Assembly: GCA_035221665.1 (NCBI GenBank)
Contig: CM069135.1
Span: 24,242,001-24,306,000 of the forward strand
DNA from: Okamejei kenojei
Taxonomy: Eukaryota
DNA length: 64,000 nucleotides
Direction of reading: 5' to 3'
Part shown: one piece after another, positions 12,276 to 23,811 of the stretch
Position numbering within the stretch: the first letter of the stretch is position 1
How the letters are laid out: each line of letters begins with the position of its first letter
Position numbers and translations under genes: made by a program
The notes under the pieces: model-generated
Database searches by the model: none
What the model was told of the DNA's origin: nothing
Seen by the model: the letters and a program-made list of their open reading frames with translations, nothing else

Positions 12276-13897
12276 CCTGCATGTGGAGTTAACAAGCCCC
12301 TGCCAACATCCCTCAGCAGACTCCACAACCACTTGTATCATTCTGTTTTTCTTGATCTCCACTCTATTACAGACATTTCCTTTGTTCTCTCCATTCTATG
12401 CAGAATATTATGTATTTCTCATTTCTGATGGGATGCCATTGGCCTGTAATCTTAACTTTGTTCCTCCCTTCAAAAATGCGGGCAATACTCTGGGTTAAGC
12501 AACATTTTCTGTTATTATGCTCGCATGGTCATTTCCAAAAGAGTTACCAACAATTCATCCTTCCATGTTCTGAAAGAAACATTTATGAAACAGGTTTAAA
12601 AATGTATTTCCTGAATATTGCAGAAGTATTCATATTACACCATTCTCAACAAATTGGAAGCGATAAAGAAATATTTGAAGAAAGGGAAACTTTCGTATTG
12701 CAATGATTAATCTGCATGAAAGAAACTGGGATCTTTTACATTTACATAACTGTATTGAATCACCTGCATAGTATATGTCATATTATTTCACTAATTTTTT
12801 GGAAATGGAACTGTCAGCATTAAAAAATATAAAGCTTTACACACTGGATACAAACTCAAAAATTTTGCTATAATGCACAAAATTCAATTCAAAGTAACTT
12901 ACAATGGATAGCATATTTAGATTGCGTACTTCATGAGTTAAAATAACTGGGAAGAAAAAATAAGCAAGCAAAAGGAGAATTAATAAAACATAAGGAAAGC
13001 TATTAATATTTAAGGTTGGAGATATGAAGAAAGTCTGCAAAGTTGGAAACGTGGTAAAGGCTTAAGTGCAGAAAAATGTGCTCAAAAACAGAAAAAAGGG
13101 AATAAATCATCAATAAAAAAGAAAGCATGTAATGGGAGTGTAAGAAGAGGGCAGAAAGTATTTGTAATCATAAAAATGATTATAACATAGGAGTCCATTC
13201 AACCCATCAAGTCTTTACCAGGCGTTTACCCCACTATTTTCCTACAAATGATTCCCTCAAACATAGCCATTACTGAATTCTACCATCCACCTGCACTTGG
13301 GGTAATTTGAAGTAGCCAAATTATATCTCAAATAGCACACTGTTGGAATGTGAGAGGAAACTGGACCACCCCCCCCCCCCCCCCCCCCCCCCCCCACCCA
13401 CCCTCGAGAAACACATGTGGTCACAGGGAAATGTGCAAACCCCATACACCGCACCAGAGGTCAGAGGTCACCTACTCATGCCACTGTGTCATCCAAGTAA
13501 ACTGACTGATGCAGCAAAAGTAGCGTGAAATGTAGTTCAGGATAATAAAGAGCTGCTATACACTCCGTGCAGACTTGGACGAGAATTGGTTAATTATACA
13601 TTTGGAAGAGAATGGGCTAATTAAGGAGATGTGAGGGGCAAGTTGTTTTTTACACAGAAAGTGGTAGGTGCCTAGAACATGTGGCCAGGGGTGATGGTGG
13701 AAGGAAATGCAATAGTGGCTATTTAAGAGGCTTTTAGGTGGACACACAATTATGCAGGGAATGGAGGAACATGGATCACATGCAGGCAGAAGGGATTAGT
13801 TTAATTTAGCATCATGCTCGACACAGATATCATGGGGCAAAGGACTTGTCCCTATGCCGTACCACTCTAGAGTGTTCTAGAGTTCTAATTAATCTAT

Positions 13898-13902
<5 letters not shown>

Positions 13903-13928
<26 letters not shown>

Positions 13929-13948
13929 AATATATATATATAATATAT
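13903..13948. repeat. (TA)n microsatellite
   Basis: Directly visible TA run. Confidence 0.95.
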
Positions 13949-15805
13949 ACTAGAACCATGCATAAAATTGAAGATATTGACTTAATTACCAAACGTAAAT
14001 TAAAAAATACAAACATAACTTTCTTAATTAAATAAGCCACTAATTTAAAACTAGGTCAAGCTACTTGAATTACTGGCTAGTACACCAGAGGCAGAAATTG
14101 TGATTCATAACCATCTATAATTAAAGACCTCTGTTCATCAGAGAGGGCTGAAGAAAACAAGGCTCCTCAGATGATTTTCAACAAATCAAACCTTCTAGCC
14201 CCAGACGATGCTTGCTACCTGGTTTCCCTGGTGAGAAGACATTGAAGCACCTCAGCAACTGCACTGATACAGCCCTGTGAAAGAAACCTTTGTGTTTCTC
14301 CCAGAAACTCACATCCCATTAACAATCTTCAGTTAACTAATAATGCAAAGTGCAACCTGGACATGAATCAGCACAAACCACCATTGGTTTTTGATATTCC
14401 AGACTTTTCAGCATTCAGAGCTTTTGAAACCTACCAGGTGGTAATGTTTCCACGTTCTTTGTTTTTCCTTCTGCATTGCTGCTCTGATCATCCTTTCTTT
14501 TATTTGGATCCAAAGCATTCCACTCATCCTATCAAACAAATTGTAAGAGAATAATGATTGTATAAGTAGTAGGATTCATTGCATGACGTTGCTATAAACT
14601 GCTCAAATATAAATCATCTTGATTTGAGGAATATCTACTTTGCAGCAAAGTGGGTTGCAACACTATTTACAAATGCACTATAATGACTCTTATGTACATA
14701 AGAGCAGTGTCAGAATAGGAAAATTACCAGAAAAAAAAACATTGGAACCCCAAATAACCTTACTTCTCTCAAAACAGAATATTAGTGACTTGCTAAACTA
14801 AACCTTCCTCATGCCACACGGCAAAGTAGAAAGATGGAAAGAAACGATGATGGACTGGGCTGTGTTTACCACTCTGCAGGTTCAGATGGTCAAGATTAGA
14901 GCAGTTTCCATTCTGGGCTGAGATGCATCCCATCGGAATAGTTTCCACAGGACATCTGTACGTCGAGAATATCCTTATGGATATGCAGGCTCTGTTCAGA
15001 CCCTAAAAGTAAATATATGTTGATGCACTTTCTTAATTACATCAGGTTGAACGGACCAAGTTAGTTTGCTGGTGATATGGATGCCTAGGACCTTGAAGCG
15101 GTCGACCAGCTCTACAGCAGCTCCATTGATGAAGACATGTTTTTTGTTTACCGCCCTGCTTCTTTAGGACAACAACAAACAACTATTTTGTAGGTTATTG
15201 TACTGACACCATGGGATTCAGTTCTCAATCTCTTGCATCTTATCGTTGTTGTACATCCGGATGCCAACAGTGGCATCGTCAGTGAACAAAGATCGAGTTG
15301 GCCTTGTATTTGGCCAAATGATCATGGGTGCACAGGGAGTAGAGCATGGGACTAAGCACACAACCCTGCGGGCACCAGTAATGGTATTGGGAAGCACATT
15401 CCTGGATTTAGCTTGATTGAAGTCAATGTCTTGAGGGTGTTGACACAGTATAATTCGTCCAGTGCAGATCTTGGCATTGCTTGGGTGGAATGTAGACAAT
15501 TGACAAGATGGTGGAGGTGAATTCCCTCTATAGATAAAAGGGATGACATTTTTATGAACAACTAGACTAAGTGGGACCCGTTGGGGACTGTGGATATATG
15601 GCAGATATTAAAAACAGAAGATGAAGGTCCTTTGTGGAAGTTAACAAAGTGAGAAAAAGTGTGAAAAGGTAACATTTATAATCTGCTTGCAACAAGCTCC
15701 AATCCATTTTGGACAACATCAGTATTCAGAGGGTAGAACCAACAAATCTCATGAAAATGTACATTTTCGCGCAATCTACAATGTCAGGTCAGCCTTAAGA
15801 ACTTT

Positions 15806-16216
15806 GAGAATTTAGAAGATTGAGGGGGGATCTTATAGAAACTTACAAAATTCTTAAGGGGATGGACAGGCTAGATGCAGGAAGATTGTTCCCGATGTTG
15901 GGGAGGTCCAGAACAAGGGTCACAGTCTAAGGATAAGGGGGAATTCCTTTAGGACCGAATTGAAGAAAACATTTTTTCACACAGAGAGTGGTGAGTCTCT
16001 GGAATTCTCTGCCACAGAAGGTAGTTGAGGCCAGTTCATTGGCTATATTTAAGTGGGAGTTAGATGTGGCCCTAGTGGCTAAAGGGATCAGGGGGTATGG
16101 AGAGAAAGCAGGTACAGGATACTGAGTTGGATGATCAGCCATGATCATATTGAATGGCGGTGCAGGCTCGAAGGGCCGAATGGCCTACTCCTGCACCTAT
16201 TTTCTATGTTTCTATG
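15806..16216 (+). mobile_element. CR1 3' end, family with (TTTCTATG)n tail
   Basis: Matches 40750-41160 in reverse orientation; GCTCGAAGGGCCGAATGGCCTACTCCTGCACC 3' stem-loop. Confidence 0.9.
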
Positions 16217-16396
16217 AATAGTATAATAGGTCTTGCAATCTCAGACGTGATTATTCACTTATCTTTTCAAATTTGGGCATAAAAAGAACTTAAGTGGGAC
16301 AGAGTAGATTCCGTGTTCTCAAATAGTTTATTTTGCATAAAATATAATTATATAGAATGTAGGTTTCAACAAACTCATTTTGTGCATCTCCCGTGG

Positions 16397-17968
16397 GTAG
16401 ACACAAAATGCTGCAGTCACTCAGCGGGAGAGGCAGCATCTATGGAGAGAAGGAATTGGCGACGTTTCGGGTCAAGACCCTTCTTAGTGCCCCACCTTTC
16501 TTCACTCCCTCTCCCTCCCCCATTCCCAGACCATCCTTTTCTCTGGTTCTACATTTCAGTCACATGTGCCTGGATAAAGGACTTCCTCACCAACCGGCCC
16601 CAGACGGTGAGACTCGGCCCCCACCTCTCCTCCACTCGCATGCTGAGTACCGGCTCCCCACAGGGCTGTGTGCTAAGCCCCCTCCTATACTGTCTCTACA
16701 CCCACGACTGTTGTCCGGTCCACAGCAACAACCGCATCGTCAAGTTTGCTGACGACACTACAGTAGTCAGACTCATCTCAAGGGGAGACGAGGCAGCCTA
16801 CAGAGAGGAAGTCCTGAAGTTGACAACCTGGTGCTCAGAAAACAACCTGGTTCTGAAAACCAAGAAAACCAAAGAGCTCATTGTTGACTTCAGGAGGCGC
16901 AGCACCGACTTAGCTCCCTTATACATCAACGGCGAGTGTGTGGAGAGGGTCTACACCTTCCGGTTGCTCGGCGTCCTCATCTCCGCTGACATCTCCTGGA
17001 CAGATAACATCACAGCGGTCATCAAGAAGGCTCAGCAGCGGCTGCACTTCCTGAGAGTCCTCAGGAAGCACAACCTGGACTCCAACCTGCTGCTGACCTT
17101 CTACCGCTCGTCCATTGAGAGCCTGTTGACATACTGCATTACAGCATGGTACGGCAGCTGCACCATGGCAGACAGGGAGAGGCTTCAGAGAGTAGTTAGG
17201 GCAGCACAGAAGATCATCGGCTGCCCTCTCCCCTCTCTGATGGACATTTACACCTCCCGCTGCCTCAGCAGGGCGAAGAACATTATCAAGGACAGCTCCC
17301 ATCCTGCATTTGGCCTGTTCAACCTGCTGCCCTCAGGAAGGCGCTATAGGTGCATCAGCACAAGGACAAATAGACTCAAGAACAGTTTCTTTCCAAAATC
17401 CATTATCTCCCTGAACTCACACATGCACAGACTTCACAGCCTAACCCCCGGACCTTCATCTATCCACCTACTGTAATTTGTACTGTAACTGTAGTTCTAT
17501 TTATCCATTGCCTTTTATAGATATGTACATAGCGTCGCAGAAACTGTGCACCTTATTCCCCCTCCCCCTTTTTGTTTTTACACTGAGAAGGAGCAGCTTT
17601 TAATCTCATTGTACATGTGTATAGTGACAATAAAAAGGCATTCATTCATTCACTCCTCACCTTCATTCCTTATCAGAGTTCACCATTTGCACCCTTTTGT
17701 CTTCTCCACCTCTAACCTTGGTTATGATCTCCACATGCCCTCTGAGTTAATCCCTCTCATTTCGATCCAATTATCACCAGGTCTTGCGTCACCTCTTCCC
17801 CCCACCTTTTTTTACTAACTATTTCTGCTCTACTCCATCAGTCTGAAGGGTCCCACCCCAAAATAGTGTCTGTCCACTTCCTTCACAGATGCTGCCTGAT
17901 CCGCTGAGTTCTTCCAGCAGGTTGTTTTATGTTCAAGACTTCAGCATCTGCGGTCTCTTGTGACTCCA
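16397..17968. mobile_element. Penelope-like element terminal-repeat remnants flanking the Rex1 insertion
   Basis: GACACAAAATGCTG...CTCAGCGGG...GGCAGCATC...GACGTTTCGGGTCAAGACCCTTCTT at 16397-16486 and an inverted degenerate copy at 17835-17968. Confidence 0.6.
16559..17652 (+). mobile_element. Rex1/Babar-clade LINE, 5'-truncated, inserted into a Penelope remnant
   Basis: RT motifs PQGCVLSP and KFADDTT; [15 protein letters not shown]; [11 protein letters not shown]; 3' hairpin, TGACAATAAA and (CATT)n tail. Reading frame open to 17476. Confidence 0.9.
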
Positions 17969-19916
17969 TTACCCATTGTCACTCTCCCAAATAACTTGCA
18001 CTAACCTTAGAACTGCACGACTGATGCCTCTCACTCTTTCACAATCAAAAATCGCCCTCAATACTGCAATTAAGTCATACAGCATGGAAACAGCCCCCTC
18101 ACCCCAACTCGTCCGAGCCGACCAAGATGCCCCATCAAAACCTGTCCCATTTACCCACATTTGGTCCATGTCCCTCTAAACCCTTCCTATCCATGTACCT
18201 GTCCAAGTATCTTTGAACTGCTGTTATTGTAATTAAAGGTACCAGCTTAAATAAACCTCTCCCTTGGTGATGGAGATACTGCCATTGTTTAAACAAACTC
18301 TCATGCTGAGGTCATCATGTAAAGACCATTCTGATGTTAAATGCATGAACAGCTCTTGAAAGGGCTCAAAGGGCTTCATTGTCTAGAAAACTAATATATG
18401 TGAAGCTGTACAGCTGGGAGATGGCTAATTGGTCCAAAGCTGCAATTGATTTGTCCTAAATATCACTGTCTGCATTTCTGAGCGCCTTCGTGGATCGAAT
18501 CGAACATAATTATAAGTTACATTAAAATCCCCTTTAGTTAAAATACTTTAAAAAAAGCAATCTACTCAATCTCTCTGCTTCATTGCGCGCTTTTCCTCTG
18601 GTACCTACTGATTTTAGCCTATTCTGATAGATTCAGCGGTACATTGGCTCCTCCCCTCTATCCCTCTCCTTTACCACACAATTGTTTCCTGGGAAACCAC
18701 ATAAACCGCTCTAATAAACTACTGTGTCTTACCTCCAACCCCACCATATTATTTCCAGCTCCTGGTTTGTTTTCTGTTCTCCCTTTTATCCCCAGCTTTC
18801 AGTTCTGCCTTCTGTTGTTGCCTTAATGCACGCTCTCCCATTTCCTCCTCCTCTGCCTTATCCCTAGATTTTCTCTATTCCAGTTTCCCAATTCTACTAT
18901 TTTCTTATTCCCCTATTCTCTTTTCCCTCCCCAAGCCATATCCTATTCTCTTTTCCCTCCCCAAGCCAATCTTCTAAATAGCGAGTACAAGCCGAGTCTA
19001 TCCAGTCTTTCCTCATATGAAAGTCCTGACATCCCAGGACTCCGTTTTTAGGATCATTGGAAAGGTCAACATTTATTGTTATCCTTAACTGCAGAGCATC
19101 TGGACTAACATACCAGCAAGGATGGAAGATATTGTCTTCCCTGTTCCATCAGTAGCTTCGTTACTATTGCCTCATGATTGCTAAGAATCGTGTTTTTCCA
19201 GATTATTATCCAAATTTAAATTCTACAGCTGCGATAGTGGGTTTTGAATGTAAACCTGCGTTGTTAGTCTAGATCTCTTGGTGGCTTTTGCTCTGGTATT
19301 TTATTTAATGCACATGTTTAATCAATATGATTAGGGTTATTGATAGCGGACGATCAGTCATGATCACAATGAATGGCGGTGCTGGCTTGCAGGGCCGAAT
19401 TGCCTCCTCCTGCACCTATTTTCTATGTTTCTATGTTTCTAATAATGTTTTATTATTAATGTTTAATATTTTATGTATCATTTCCAACTGTCACTGTATG
19501 TCATGTTGTCACTTGCGGGTGGAGCACCAAGGCAAATTCCTTGTATGTGAATACTTGGCCAATAAACGTATTCAATCATTCTTAACTGCAGCGTCATCAC
19601 CATAAACCAGACATCTTATTGTTAGTCACCATATAATAATATAATTTACACAAAAATACAGAAAGTCGGCAGTACAGAATATGCCAACTATTCCAGCTAG
19701 TCCGAAGCAAAATATCTTGGGAGCCAGAAATCTGAAATAAAAACAAAGCATTTAAAACGTTCTGCAGATCAAGCAACTTCTGTGCAGAGAAAGGGAGTGA
19801 GAGTTTCAGATCAGTAACCATTAGTCAGAATGGTTTATGCTGACCTATATACTGTTTATGATTCAAACAAAGTCTCCACCCACTCTGCTTCTCACCTTAT
19901 CTGAAAAAACTGCTAT

Positions 19917-20380
19917 TAACCATATAACCATATAACAATTACAGCACGGAAACAGGCCCTCTCGGCCCTTCCAGTCCGTGCCGACCATTTGTTTTCCCCT
20001 AGTCCCATCTACCTGCACTCAGACCATACCCCTCCATTCCCTTCACGTCCATATACCTATCCACTTTACTCTTAAATGTTAAAATCGATCCTGCCTCCAC
20101 CACTTCTGCTGGAAGCTCATTCCACACAGCCACCACCCTCTGAGTAAAGAAGTTCCCCCTCACGTTACCCCGAAACCTCTGCCCCTTAATTCTCATGTCA
20201 TGCCCTCTTGTTTGAATCTTCCCTACCCTCAATGGGAAAAACGTATCCACGTCAACTCTGTCTATCCCTTTCATCATTTTAAAGACCTCAATCAAGTCCC
20301 CCCTTAACCTTCTGCGCTCCAAAGAATAAAGACCTAACTTGTTCAACCTTTCTCTGTAACATAGTTGCTGGAACCCTGGC
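19917..20380 (-). mobile_element. CR1 3' fragment, young family
   Basis: ORF 19999-20346 nearly identical to the ORF2 C-terminus of the long copies; TAACCATATAACCATA tail as read on +. Confidence 0.95.
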
Positions 20381-21954
20381 TTGTCTTCATCCTGTGTTTA
20401 TTTACCTTTCCTTTACTATTCACAATGGCTATTCTTTATAGTAGCAAGTTCCACATTCTCACCCTTCTCTTGATAAAAAAAAATCTATATAAATTTACTA
20501 ATAACAAATTTTATATTTATCAGTCCTGTTTTGGACTTTTTACAAGGAAATCTGCCACTGCCTACATCTGTATATCTTGCTGAATATGAGACACAAAGAG
20601 ACTTCAAGCATACAGAGATCTGGTTATGCATGAAGGTTCACTGAATGTGATCCTGAAAATAATAGTCACTGTTGTCATGGGTGGCAATGGAACAGGAGTG
20701 TGTGTTCCCGTGATCCATATTCTTTTGCAAATTGACATCATTTACGTAGAAACATAGAAAATAAGTGCAGGAGCAGGCCATTTGGCCCTTCGAGCTTGCA
20801 CCACCATTCAATATGATCATGGCTGATCATCCAACTCAGTATCCCGTACCTGCCTTCTCTCCATGATCACCTGTAGCCACAAGGGCCACATCTAACTCCC
20901 TCTTAAATATAGCCAATGAACTGGCCTCAACTACCTTCTGTGGCAGAGAATTCCAGAGATTGAAAAATGTTTTTCTCATCTCGGTCCTAAAAGACTTTCC
21001 CCTTATCCTTTACCTGGCAAAGAAGTTGAACACAATAAGTTGCATCTATACTTGTCCTCAATTTTAGGACTCATTTAAAACGGGTAGCCAAGGAAACAAC
21101 TATATTTGCACTGGACTGACCAGTTGTCAATGAAATTAAAATGCTGGACACTAGAAGAACAGATGCTATGTGCGCTGAGTTCTTCAACCAGTTGATCTAC
21201 CATTACATTATAATCTCCTGCCCAAAACCTAATTCCGACAGGGATGATGCAGTCCTGCAGCTCCACAGACGTATGGAGTCCAGCCACCACAACTGAATTT
21301 TGCACGTTGTCGTATGTATGTTAACAGAAGGATAGAAATTATGAAATGATCAGACGGTGCACATCAAAATAGTTCCTGAACTCGGATGCATTATTATCTG
21401 ATATGCAGATTGATTTCATGATTAACATCACTACTTAAGTAAAATACAGGCTTCTTATTAAAGGAACATCAAATCTTAGTTTATTTAAATGTCTCTGTGC
21501 GAGAGAAAATTTCACCCTTTTGTTAGGTTATGAAAGAAAATGAGCCTAAATTTATTGTAGCTGTAACACATGAAATAAATATTTAAAATGTAGCTTATGT
21601 TCATAAATTCATAATTTCTAGGAGCAGAATTAGACCATTCGGCCCATCATTTCTATTCCGCCATTCAATCACGGCTTATCTATCCTTCCCTCTCAACCCC
21701 ATTCTCCTGCCTTTGTCCCCCCGTCACCTTTACTAATCAAGCATATGCCAATCTCCGCCTTAAAAATATCCATTGACGACCTCCACAGTCGGCTGTGGCA
21801 ATAAATTTCAAAGATATGCCACCCTCTGACTAAAGAAGGGCCTAGTGTTACAGCAGTTTGAAAAAAAACTCTTGGGCAATTACCGTATGAAAGTTTCTCA
21901 GAGAAAGACATGAGGACAAGTACAGATGCAACTTATTGTGTTCAACTTCTTTGC

Positions 21955-22646
21955 AGGGTAAGGGGGAAACTAACTCCCAGTCGCTTCCTGGCGGGGACGT
22001 GACTATTTCTCCGAGTCGCGTCCTCGCCCCCCACCTCGCGGCCTACCTCCTGGATTTGAGCGGCCTTTCCTGCCGGGGACCGGGAACCGGACCAGAGCCG
22101 CAACAGCGGCGGCGCTGGAGTCACCGCGGAGCGGGCGATGCCTACCCGGGTCGCCGTTGGAGCTCCGGAGCATTGGGCCGCTGCTCCAACAGCGTGGAGC
22201 TCTGGTTTAGAGAGCTCCCAACGCGGGCGGCGCTGAACAGCTGCATGGAGTCCTGGGGCCCTTTGCAGAGGGCCTCCAACATTGTATCTCCACCCGGCGC
22301 GGCCAGTGGACTCCGGTAGGAGGGGGCCGACTTGGGGTCCAGGCCGCTGAGGACATCCCCCAGCCCCGACGTCGGATTTACATCACCTCGGGCAGCGGGC
22401 CTGAACATCGGGCCGCCCGTAGCGGCGACTGCGGAGGCCCTGACCACGGGGGAACATTGGGGAGTATCGGGAAGAGACTGACTTTGGTGCCTTCCCTCAC
22501 GGTGGGAAATTTTGATCCTGCTGTGAGGGGATGTTTTACGTTGAATTTCTGTCTACTCTGTGTTGTGTTCTTTATTTTTGGCTGTATGGTGACTTCATTT
22601 CACTGTGCCAATTGGCACATGTGACAAATAAAATCTATCTATATCT
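21955..22646 (+). mobile_element. GC-rich non-autonomous retroposon with Rex1-type 3' end (copy 2)
   Basis: Hairpins GGCGGGGACGTGACT/AGTCGCGTCCTCGCC and TCCCTCACGG/CTGTGAGGGGA; 3' hairpin, TGACAAATAAA and (ATCT)n tail. Confidence 0.75.
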
Positions 22647-22974
22647 GAGGGTGTCGATCAGAATGAATAAAAAATATGGCAATTAGTAATGGGTTTATTT
22701 AAAGCAGATAAGAAATCCACCTTGTACCAAAATGTTAACATGTGCTAATGCTCCTTTCCACTTATCATTAATAATTCCTTTTACTTGCAGAGGGAGATTA
22801 GATGATAATACTGAAGGTTAATTTGAGATGGAGCAGTCATGAGACCTTTTACAAATATGTAAAGCACTAAGAGATTTGAACATCAATAGTTTTTAACTAT
22901 TAACCTGTTCACAGTATGTTTCTACCAATGCCAGTGCCTAAATGTCCCAGAACTGCAGGGGCAGTTAAAAGTCA

Positions 22975-23272
22975 GGGCCTGTCCCACTTACGCGATTTTT
23001 TTCGGCGACTTGCCGGCCCCCGTCATAGTCGCAGCAGGTCACTGAAAATGTTTCAAAATGTTGTAAAACCAGTGGCGAGCAGAAAATTGTACGATTCTTT
23101 GGGCGACTACTCACGACCATACAGGCGACACCCCGCGACATGTCGCCCAAAGAGTCGTACCTTTTTCTGGTTGCCGCTGGATTTTGAACATTTTGAACAT
23201 TTTCAGCAACCTGCTGTGACAATGGCGAGTGCCGGCAAGTTTCCGTAAAAATCGCGTTAGTAGGACAGGCCC
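22975..23272. mobile_element. MITE, PIF/Harbinger-like termini
   Basis: TIR GGGCCTGTCCCACTTACGCGATTTTT vs AAAAATCGCGTTAGTAGGACAGGCCC; same termini as 46961-47626; TSD not clean. Confidence 0.8.
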
Positions 23273-23811
23273 TTCATTTTTTGGCAAGTGAACTCACCAA
23301 TATCCAAGTCTAGGTAAGGAGGGCAGATTTCCTGCCCTTAGTGAGTCAAATGGATATTCACAGCAATCTAGAAGTTTTGTGCCAAGATAGGAATTACCCT
23401 AAATTCCAGATTTATTTATTCTTTTGTATTAAATTCTCCAGTTGCCATGTTAGGATTCAAACTTGTATCTCTGGATCGCTGATCCATAATTCTGGCTGCT
23501 ACCATTTGACCAAGGCTGAAGTAGAATAAACAAATTGATTATGTATAGAAAGGAACTGCAGATGCTGGTTTATACCAAAGATAGACACAAAATGCTGGAG
23601 TAACTCAGTGGGTCAGGGAGCATCTCGGGAGAAAAAAGATGGATGATGTTTCCGGTCGGGACCCTTCTTTATTGTTTCAACACCCAGGCATTCCCATTCC
23701 TTCCTGCACATCTAGAAAGCTCAACTGATTTTCCATTAGTTTGGATTTGGTGAATGAAAACTTTCAGCCAAGTTTTGCTAATGTAGATTCTGCTGGCTTT
23801 CAAACAGTCCT

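Noticed and set aside
13368-13395. Long poly-C run encoding poly-Pro or poly-Gly
   Set aside because: Homopolymer expansion inside a decayed V-SINE; length may be a sequencing artefact.
16313-17476. 387-aa ORF as a host or domesticated gene
   Set aside because: Chimeric: the N-terminal ~80 aa come from flank and Penelope sequence in frame with a truncated Rex1 RT, and the start codon is GTG.
18912-18968. 27-bp tandem duplication (similar 17-bp duplication at 34273-34307)
   Set aside because: Ordinary local slippage duplications with no further structure.
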